A stretch of DNA of 64,000 nt from assembly GCF_009914755.1 (NCBI RefSeq), contig NC_060944.1; one strand, given 5' to 3'. Each line of letters begins with the position of its first letter. Positions within the stretch are counted from its first letter, which is position 1. This document shows, piece by piece, positions 54,845 through 64,000 of this stretch. A model generated the notes under the pieces. That model saw only the letters and a program-made list of their open reading frames with translations, was not told the DNA's origin and made no database searches. The DNA is from the human T2T-CHM13v2.0 reference genome, Homo sapiens. Position numbers and translations under genes: made by a program.

Positions 54845-55015
54845 TAACTGGTGTTCCTCCAACTTTAGTCTACACTGGAAACACCCAGGATGCCTATTTA
54901 GTTCAACAGGCTCTTGGGTAGGGCCTGGGAAATTGCATTTTAACCAACATCTTCCCTCACCCACAGGTGATTCTGATGCCACTAGCATCAGAGAAACTGC
55001 ACCTTGAGAAACACA
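54845..55015. mobile_element. MER5-family element
   Basis: gggtagggcctgggaaattgcattttaac...caggtgattctgatgc...ttgagaaacac. Confidence 0.65.
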
Positions 55016-56987
55016 ACTTTAAATATGGCTGGAAACCATTTCCTTGGGGTATTCATCTGTTGCATAGAAATGATAATTTCTGGAGTCAGTTTTCAGATTC
55101 CCAAAGGAAAGGAATCATAGCAGCCTAAGTAACTTTAGTTGCCTGGATTTCTGACTATTGCTAGTCTGAGTAGACTCTTAACTCTTGTTAAATGGTGGCC
55201 AAACTCCCAGGGTCATTTTTCCATGAAATTTGAAACTGTCCATGAGGAGTAAAACAGAGTTTCACACTCAAAAGTGCTGCAGTTCACAAAGTACCTCTCA
55301 CAATGTCTCCATATCTATTCCATGCCCCCAGCCAGAGGCTACAGGTCGCACGCACTTTTTTCTTCTTCTCCTCTTTCTGTTTCCCCTAATATCATGGTAA
55401 CAAAATCATTTTTCTTCTGATTTCCCTTAGGTAATACTAAGTTTCTCTATAGGACTCTGCAATGAGCACTTGAAATTCCTTTATTTAAAAGCCCTTCCTC
55501 GTACCCACCAAATAATTACCAACCTTCCCAAACAATGCATTCAACTCTTCGGGTTTTTTCAAACCACTCTCCCTATTATACAGCAATGAAATGTTCAGAA
55601 GGCGTGTAACTGTCGGTGTCCTGAGGTTGTGTAATAAAGAGCTCCTTCACCCAGAGGGCAAGTCAGGATTAAGCAGGACCAGATGCTGTTCTGTGTACAC
55701 GCCCACTAAGGGGTTCTTCAGACCTCAGCAGAGGGGCCCTGGAGACAAACCATGGGGCCTGGAGACCCACAGAGAGGCATGGCGACTTCTCCAGAGACGC
55801 TGATGGCTGCTGAGGGGCCGAGGGTTCAGAGGAGGGTCAGGAAAGCGCCAATAGAGTCCTTAAGACCTGGATTCAAAATGGCTGAAATGTCAGCTGATGC
55901 GGGCGGGGCATGCCGAGGTGGACAACCAAAACCACAGGAGCAGGAAGCGCACGTGCATTCCGAAACCAACAGAGCTCAGAACAGTTCACTCGGACGGAGA
56001 CGTGGGGCGATCCACTTCCCTATTCGGGTATTTCACCTAAACTTTCCTCTGTGCTATTTTCTAGTTTGCTTGTTTGAAGGAGAAGCAAAAGAAATGAATT
56101 CAGTCATTGTCTAAAGCAATTATAATTTCAAAAACATAAAGTGTGTGCTTCTCGGGGCCCTTCCCCAGCCCCAGTCAACTTTCTCTTAGCCCTGGTGACA
56201 TTCCGTACTTTGAAACATCTGGCCAGCGGTGGAGAGGCTGGACAGGGGCTCTGAAAGCGTTGAGAAGGCTCCCCCAATGCCTTCAGTCTCTTTTTGCAAG
56301 ACAGACATCACCTTTTAAATCCTGAAAGAGTTCTAGGTTCTTTAGAGCCCTTCCTTGTGCCCATTCACCCAACAGCCAGGTGCAAATTATTGCAGATTCT
56401 TCGCTGCTTCTCCTCTGCCCCCAGTGAGCACTTCAACTCTGGGTATCTCCGGCCTCCCAGTCCTGTCTTTTCTCCAAATTCCAGCAGACGGACAGTTTTT
56501 TGTATTGAAATGTTACTGTAATTTACATAATGAGGTAATTTACATAAATGCAAATGATTCATTACATAGGCAGTCTAGCAGCTGCTCTAAAAGAAATACT
56601 TTATTTTTACCTTTCGTCTCTGCTGGAGGACGGGGACTGTGAACATGGAGAGGAGGGCAGCCCTCAGGGGAAGCAGATAGGCCTATGGGACAGGTCCCAG
56701 GTAACGTGGGCCAGCTTGAAACTCCAAATTCACAAGTGCTGTCTGTCTGCTGATGGGTCAGGTGAGCCCTTGGCAGCAGTTTGGGGGTCTTCAGGGCAAC
56801 CTGAACACTGGCACAGCAGCGAGGTTCCTTTACACCAACACGTCTCCTTCCTTCCCTGGGACATTCATTGTCATGGCACCGAGTGAATGGAACCCAGGGG
56901 GATATGAGAGAGTTCAGCTGATTCACCTGCCACAGGTGCCCAGCACTTCTAGCAGAATTTACATGGTGATAGAAATGGCCTACAATC

Positions 56988-57090
56988 TTGTGCTGTCCAA
57001 TGTGGTAGCCACTAGTCACACGTGGCTACTGACAGGCAACTAGTGGGACCAAGGAACTACACTTCTTATCTTATTAATTTTAATTTTTAA
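56988..57090. mobile_element. MER3-like fragment
   Basis: gtgctgtccaatgtggtagccactagtcacacgtggctactga. Confidence 0.65.
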
Positions 57091-57701
57091 CAAGCATGGA
57101 CTTGATCCTCAGCAGGGGACTGTGTTGGGTCTACTGATAATTACTTTTTAGTTTAATACTCGTGACTATGCAAGCAAGCTATTTTGTGAGTCCCACGTTA
57201 GAGATGGCATCACCAGGGCTCTGGTGGTTAAATGATTCACCCAAGGTCAGGGACCGGTAATACCTCGAGTTTGCCAGAGCAGGTGTCTGACATGGTGCAG
57301 CTCTACTGCCCCAATATAGAATTTGGACTTTCCCTCCAATAAAATCCTCCTCTTACAGTCTTTAAAATCATCCTACCCCACCGCCCACTCCCCCTGTTAG
57401 AGACGAGGGTTACCTTCACTTACTTTGTGGTCTAGTTTTTAGGCAGAAGGGAACAGCTCCAGCCACCCCCTGCTAGAATTTTTTCATTAAAATAACTAAT
57501 CTGAAATAATCTGGAAATGATTGTATCTTGCCCTTTCTGTGATAGAGAAGAAATCTCAGAGGTCATGTGGAAGTCTGTCCATCACCGGCAGCTGGCTGAC
57601 CTCCAAGGCCCTGCCCCTCTGACCCATCACCCTCCCCTCCTGCACCCATTTTTCATGGGAATTAACCTCTTCTCTCTCCAATTTAGAAACTTGGGGTTCT
57701 T

Positions 57702-58283
57702 ATTTTTTTATTTCAATGGCTTTTGAGGTACGTGTGGTTTTTGGTTACATGGATGAATTATATAGTGGTGAAGTCTGAAATTTTAGCATTCCCTTCACCG
57801 GAGTAGTGTACATTATACCCAATATGTAGTTTTTGTATCCCTTGCCCCTCCTCCCACCCCCCCACCTTCTAAGTCTCCAAAGTCCATGCCACCACGCTGT
57901 ATGCCTTTGCATACACATAGCTTAGCTCCCACTTATAAGTGAGAACATACGGTATTTGATTTTCCATTCCTGGGTTACTTCACTTAGAATAATGGCCTCC
58001 AGGTCCATCCAAGTTGCTGCAAAAGATATTGTTTCGTTTCTTTTCGTGGCTCAGTAGTATTCCATGGTGTATATAAACCATATTTTCCTTATCCACTCGT
58101 TAGCTGATGAATACTCAGGTTAGTTTCATATCTTTGCAACTGTGAATTGTGCTGTGATAAACATACTCACGCAGGTGTCTTTTTGATAGAATGATTTCTT
58201 TTCTTCGGGGTAGATACCCAGTAGTGGGATTGCTGGATTGAAGGGTAGATCTACTTTCAGTTCTTTAAGACATTCTCATACTG
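57702..58283 (-). mobile_element. L1PB 3' end, antisense
   Basis: gtttttggttacatggatgaattatatagtggtgaa...tagatacccagtagtgggattgctggat; TSD gaaacttggggttctt / aaaacttgaggtcctt. Confidence 0.9.
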
Positions 58284-58292
58284 GAAAACTTG

Positions 58293-58376
58293 AGGTCCTT
58301 CAGCTCGTTGTGCCCTCATTACATTTCAGCCCTCAGGTCTTTCAGCTCATTTTGCCCTCATTACATTTCAGCTCTC
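58293..58376. repeat. 42-bp tandem duplication (2 copies)
   Basis: aggtccttcagctcgttgtgccctcattacatttcagccctc / aggtctttcagctcattttgccctcattacatttcagctctc. Confidence 0.85.
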
Positions 58377-60644
58377 TTTCTGGCAAAGTCGGAATAACTA
58401 TGGTAGCAAGAAGATCCTCACCGAGAATGACTTTGACAGAATTTTAAGATCCTTAAACAAATCGACTATGGTCTTACAAAGGTCGCCTGTTTTGTAATCC
58501 CTGCTGTCAACAGGAGGAAGGAAAGTCCTGCTTTAATGACACTGGGTAAACTAGGAGGCCGGTTACACTCTCATTTGCTGCTTGGACAGGGAAGTGCATC
58601 CGCTGGCCTGGAGACCCCAGAGAGGAGCCTTTCATCTCTAACAAGGAAAACAACGTGGAAACTGTAGCTATGTGCTTGATTTTGGTTTTCCCTGCCCAGC
58701 AAACATAGTCCTTTCAGTTTAACAACCCCCATCTCCTATATCCTCAGTACTTGCCCTTTTTTCTTTCCTGTAGCCTGCCTTCATATATTTATACAACATG
58801 ATCAGCTCGGCTAAAGCCCTGCCCGTAGGTCATTTTTTCCCTGCCCTTCTGCAACCACAACCTTCATCAATCAAGCCTATAAGACATCCTGAAGTAGGAA
58901 TTTCTGCTTAACTTTGAAATATAAGTGATACTGGTGCCTAACAGCCAGCTTCCCAGTGTATTCCACTGGATCCCTCTCCTCAGATGAAATCACCATGGCC
59001 TTAGCTAAGCCGTCTGCACCCCCACCCAAGAGCTGAAGAAGTGAGAACTACACCCACTCAAGGGAGTTCCCGTGATATTGAGTGGGAAAAGTCTACGGGG
59101 GGCTGTTTTCTTTGCAGCAAGGAAGGAAAGAGTTTCAGGTTTCAGTCTCTTGAAAGAAAACGATGATGTTGATTTTCTCCCATTATTTTCACTGCTTAAA
59201 ATTCTCATGGTGCCAGTGATTACAATACATGCTATGAAGTCTTAGCTTCAGCAATGCAGCCTCTCCTGCTTCATGGTGACAATTTACAGTAAGCAAACCC
59301 AGGGGCTGACATGGCGATGTTGAGACAGCCACCTGCCTCCCAGCTCAGCCAGCCTCTTCTCTCCCGCGTATACTAGGGGCTCCTGGCTCTTCCTCCCCTG
59401 CTCCTCCATGTTGAGCACTCCATTCCCTTGGCAGCTCTCTGGGTTGTTCTGATATCCAGGGATTCGCCGGCCTGATGTAAGCCCGTCTTGCTTGGAAGAA
59501 TTCTGGAGCAGACACCAGGAATGAAAAGCCGGTTTCCATGGTACCCAGCCGTTTCTCTGAAGCCTGGAGGAAATGAGTGCTTTTTTCAAATTCATTCCTG
59601 TTGAACATTTAGCTCAGCAGCAGAACACGTGGAAACCTCAGGGCGAAGCCAAGGGTATCTTTGGATGAACCACATGTGGGTCAGAGGGCAGAGGCCCCCT
59701 GACCAGCTGGTGCTCAGCAGATCTGAGATCCAGCTATCAGTATCACCCTTGGTGGTCTCTGGGCTATCGCAGAGCCTGGCCCCCAAACAGAACCAACAGG
59801 GCACAGAGAGAAGAACGCTTACCCAAGGGTTGCTTTCACAAATCTGATGGGGAAGAAGCTGAGTCAGTTCCAAAGCCCACAACAGGAGGTCCGTCAAGTG
59901 CAACTCATCGTTGAGGACAGAGTGTTGACCCCAGGACAGAGCACCAGGCAGGACCTGCCCCTGGAACACCACCTTGCCTCAAGACAGCAGCGGCTAAAGC
60001 CGCCTTCAGTAGGCTGCCTGCCTTGAGGTGATTCCCTTCCTTCCAGGAGATTTAATAGAACTGCGAAAATGGACTTGAACTGACTTCATTTCAACTTCAC
60101 TACCTTGGCAGGCTGGACATGGAGGGAGGACTGGAACGTGAGCACCACTTAGTGGTCATTTGCAGGAACTGCGGGTGCAACTTGTTCTAGTCTAGAAAGA
60201 AATGATTTCAAGTTTTCTTCTACACTAGTAATACTTATCTAAGGGATGGGGGATGTTGCTTTGATTTCTTTTACTCTCAGCTAGTAGAGCATAAACTACA
60301 GAGGGATACGCAACACGTGTCTTAAATGTATTGAATAACATGAAATCTTTAAGGAATAACAAATTCATTTCCTAACCTTCAGCAAACTCAAGTGAAAGGA
60401 ACCTCATCCTTGCCGTTTGTAGAGTTTTCTGAGGGAGCGATTCAAATGCTCCATCAAGATGGTCCAGCAAGGTACCCTCCCGATGGAACGTTCTGCAAAC
60501 AGCGCCAGTCCTAATTTCCAGTCTTCGGAAGAGGCGATGACCAGCTGCTTGTTCTCCAAATAACAGCACTGAATGTTCACAGGCAGTTGATAGCTCATCT
60601 CCACCTTCTTTCTCATGATGAGGAAGCCCTGCTTCTGTTTAGAG

Positions 60645-60799
60645 TTTTTTTAGAGACAGGGTCTTGCTGTCTCCCCAAGGCTGGAATGCAGTGGCCAGAT
60701 CATAGCTCACTGCAGCCTCAAACTCATGGCTCAAGTGATTCTCCCACCTTGATCTCCCAAGGTGCTAGGATTGCAGGCATGAGCCACTGTGCCAAGCCA
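60645..60799 (-). mobile_element. Alu monomer (FRAM/AluJ arm), antisense
   Basis: gagacagggtcttgct...catagctcactgcagcctc...ggcatgagccactgtgcc; single arm. Confidence 0.82.
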
Positions 60800-60962
60800 A
60801 TTTAGATTTTCTCAGAGTCCTGATTTCTAGTCCCTTTTGTTCATTTCATTGTTCTTTTCTGAGTCCTCTCATTCCTCCACACAGTCCTCTCAAAGGAGAA
60901 GGATAAACCCGAATGATATTTGCCATCAGCCACAGGGTAGAGAAGCCCTGACTTTGTGGAGG

Positions 60963-61560
60963 CCTCCTCCTCCACCTCCTCCTCCTCCACCTCCTCCTCC
61001 TCCTCCTCCACCTCCTCCTCTACCTCCTGCACCTCCTCCTCCTCCACCTCCTCCTCCTCCTCCACCTCCTCCTCCTCCTCCACCTTCTCCTCCTCCTCCA
61101 CCTCCTCCTCCTCCACCTCCTCCTCCTCCACCTCCTCCTCCTCCTCTACCTCCTGCACCTCCTCCTCTACCTCCTGCACCTCCTCCTCCTCCTCCACCTC
61201 CTCCTCCTCCTCCACCTCCTCCTCCTCCTCCACCTCCTCCTCCTCCACCTCCTCCTCCTCCACCTCCTCCTCCTCCTCCACCTCCTCCTCCTCCTCCACC
61301 TCCTCCTCCTCCTCCACCTCCTCCTCCTCCACCTCCTCCTCCTCCACCTCCTCCTCCTCCTCCACCTCCTCCTCCTCCTCCACCTCCTCCTCCTCCTCCA
61401 CCTCCTCCTCCTCCTCCACCTCCTCCTCCACCTCCACCTCCTCCTCCACCTCCACCTCCACCTCCTCCTCCACTTCCTCCTCCTCCTCCTCCTCCGCCTT
61501 CTCATCCTCCTCCACTTCCTCCTCCTCCTCCTCCTCCGCCTTCTCATCCTCCTCCTCTTC
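60963..61560. repeat. ~600-bp (CCT)n/CCA triplet-based tandem repeat, mostly 15- and 18-bp units
   Basis: (CCT)4CCA and (CCT)5CCA units with CTA/GCA/CTT variants; gives poly-P, -S/T, -E/V and -R/W ORFs. Confidence 0.97.
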
Positions 61561-62939
61561 ATCTACCCTTATGCATTCTGAGTGATGGGGCATCTTCACA
61601 CAAGGCAGAGATCAAAGGGGAAACTATATCAGTTATTTGCATGTTTCCGGATCTCCTCCATTAGTTAGTACTTGTAGTGAGATCACCTGCATTTCTCTTT
61701 CCCTGTCTGCCTCCCTGAACCATATCCCCAACCACAGCTCCCCAAGCCACAACCATCCTCTTGACTCCAGGGTCATGAAGCTCTGGACCTAATTGCATAT
61801 TTTGTCCAATCTCACCCGGATTTGCCCACTGTTTCTCTGATTATTGTGCTCCTGTTTGGGGTCCCTCCTAAAATTAAGCCCAATCTCATTTTTTCTTTGC
61901 TATGATCATTGAAATGATCAGTAGCTAAAGTCCTATGAATCTCAGGGCTGACTGCTAGCAGACAGGAAGAGTACTTTCTTCCAGGGTGAGCGATCTCCAA
62001 GCTTTTCCTTTGCAGAATCTGTGCCCCACCTATGGGGAGGATCACTCAGAATAAGGGCTTTCTAAAAGCTGCTTTCATATTCTATGTTATTGCCTGCCTT
62101 CCCTGATAGAAGAAAATTAAATTGGCCTGGTCTAATAAACTCTTTCTCAATATCTTCTGTTCTCTTAAGTGGCTACAAATTGATTGTTCCAGCCTGCTGC
62201 AAGGACTAATATTGAATTAACTTCAATTAATAGAAAATGTTTTCTATCTTAAATAATTTGATCTGCTCCATGATTTTTTGGCAACAATCTTTTTTCAAAA
62301 AAGAAAGTTGGGGGGGTTATACAAAAGAGCTGTCAATGCCTTCTAGGGGTTGGGTTCCATGCCATTCAACCTGGATTATGAGATTGTTGCCTTTATTTCT
62401 TTAATTCTCTGCCCATTCTAGTTTGACATTGTCATCCCAATGTCAACTTGTTGAATCTGATAATAAAGATGAAAGTAACAAAAATGATGAAGCCCACATT
62501 TCCAATGGCTTGTTGGGAAGAATGAGTTACAAATGAGCACAGCTCCTTCCTCCTCATCCTCATTTTGACCTTCAAGATAATTGGAAAGAGTTGCTTTATG
62601 CGCTTTGTGACTGGTGCCCTGAGGTGTTCTCTACGTCTCTACCCAGCTCATGGTTACTGCCCTGGCTGGAGGCTGATGCCATGCCCGCTTTGTTAACTGA
62701 GTTTCCCATCTCCAAGTTGTGATGGCAGTTGACACCCAGAGTGTCCTGCAAGTGTCTGCTTCAGTCTGCAGAGGGCTGCTGCCTCTAAAGGAAAGGCCGC
62801 TCTGAGACGACCATACTCAAAGCAGTTGTCCTTCAGGAGTTTGAGAAGAAAGAGCTATGAACCATGTCCTCGGCTTCCTACTTCTATGAAATATAGGTGT
62901 ACTCATTTGGTTTCGGCAACATGTCATCAGCCATGTGTG

Positions 62940-63115
62940 TCATGAAAAGGACACCAAATTCGGAGCTGGGGCTGAGTTCTCGAGCCAATTCTGCAGCAAA
63001 TGGAGCAAGCCTAGGAAAATTACTTATGTTCTCTGTGACTCAGTTTCCCTGTATAATCAAAGGATTACACTAGGCTTCCCCCCATGCCCCCACAAGGTGG
63101 GAAATGATTTTAGAT
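62940..63115 (+). mobile_element. MIR
   Basis: aattacttatgttctctgtgactcagtttccctgtataa. Confidence 0.55.
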
Positions 63116-63850
63116 GGTATATAGACCAGGACTTCAGTAGATTAAATCCTGCCGTGTATTCTCTCTGTATTCTCTTTCAAGTCCTAACTGATGAGTAAAC
63201 CTCAGTGGGGTGCTAGTGTGCCTTTGACTGCTTCTGACCCCTAATAATCTTCCTTAGTGAAAGGGCAGGACCATGCCCAGGGCTTGGGCGCCAACAGTGT
63301 CCAGATGGGATTTGCAAACACCATTTGTTGTTAATGCACTTATTTTTCGGGGTGATGGCAAGGAGTGTTGATCCCCTACTTCTGGTTGTGATGTGAAGTT
63401 TCCTTTGAAAATAAATTATTTTAAGGAAACAAAAAAAAATCAATTAAAAGAAAAAATTGAGCCCATAGAAGTCCAAGCACTTGCATAAAAACTGAAGATG
63501 CACAGACATGCAGAAATCTTACAGAGACTAATATTTGGAAGAACCTGCTGAGCTCCTACATCCCCTTGCAGATCTAAGATTCTACAATGGGCCTTGCTTT
63601 ACAAAGCAGGTTAGTCACACTTCCCTGTCACTCTGATGTTGTACAGAAATTGCAGGAAGAAGGGAATTACCTGAGGCTGTTCTTTTCCACACATGCCCAC
63701 CCTGATCTACCAACACCTCCTTCCACTAACACTGGCCAAAGGCCAAACCAGTACAGAGGGAAGTTTACCCACAGGGACTCCAGGTCCCAGGACAACCCAG
63801 TCCTGATTACACCATCCCAGGAACAAGGTGGATACTGCGTGCAGCCTTAA

Positions 63851-63853
<3 letters not shown>

Positions 63854-63891
<38 letters not shown>
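63854..63891. repeat. (GT)19 microsatellite directly upstream of the microexon branch point
   Basis: Direct observation; followed by CTAAT, a pyrimidine tract and CAG. Confidence 0.97.
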
Positions 63892-63892
<1 letters not shown>

Positions 63893-63922
63893 TAATCTTC
63901 TATTCTTTTTATTTTTTCACAG

Positions 63923-63948
63923 TTTATTTATGATGAAAAAGTTTCCTG
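63923..63948 (+). CDS. SLC24A3: SLC24A3 26-nt coding microexon, phase 0/2 (probably exon 8)
   Basis: TTTTTTCACAG acceptor and GTAAGT donor (63949). TTT ATT TAT GAT GAA AAA GTT TCC TG = FIYDEKVS(W), continuing ...IALIV-FIYDEKVSW in frame with the previous exon. Confidence 0.95.
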
Positions 63949-64000
63949 GTAAGTACCTCTCTTTCCCCTTCTCATTTCTGAATGTTATGTTGCAGAGCCA

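Noticed and set aside
60837-61664. 275-aa poly-proline ORF (formin/extensin-like) and overlapping poly-Ser and poly-Arg ORFs
   Set aside because: They are translations of a stop-free (CCT)n repeat. The poly-Pro frame starts at TTG, and NCKX3 splices across this region in frame without it.

Overview
Primate, almost certainly human, genomic DNA. An AluYa5 carrying all five diagnostic bases and an LTR12C/ERV9 solo LTR point to human. The window lies inside SLC24A3 (NCKX3, K+-dependent Na+/Ca2+ exchanger), transcribed on the + strand. Only two coding exons are visible: 75 nt at 51624-51698 (VVALSSWCLLRDSIYYTLSVIALIV) and a 26-nt microexon at 63923-63948 (FIYDEKVS-W), which splice in frame. The rest is intron, densely filled with Alu, L1, L2, MIR, MaLR/ERVL LTRs and DNA-transposon fossils. 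A ~600-bp (CCT)n/CCA tandem repeat explains the poly-Pro/Glu/Ser/Arg ORFs. Apart from the exon and L1 ORF1 remnants, the ORF track appears spurious. I found no convincing novel gene system. Best leads: a (GT)19 tract abutting the microexon branch point; an antisense LTR12C promoter with a duplicated enhancer module; an MST/MLT2 chimeric LTR apparently sharing one target-site duplication (TSD); a young AluYa5; inverted Alus around the 75-nt exon; and the triplet-based VNTR. Repeat subfamily names come from remembered consensus sequences, and boundaries of old repeats are approximate.
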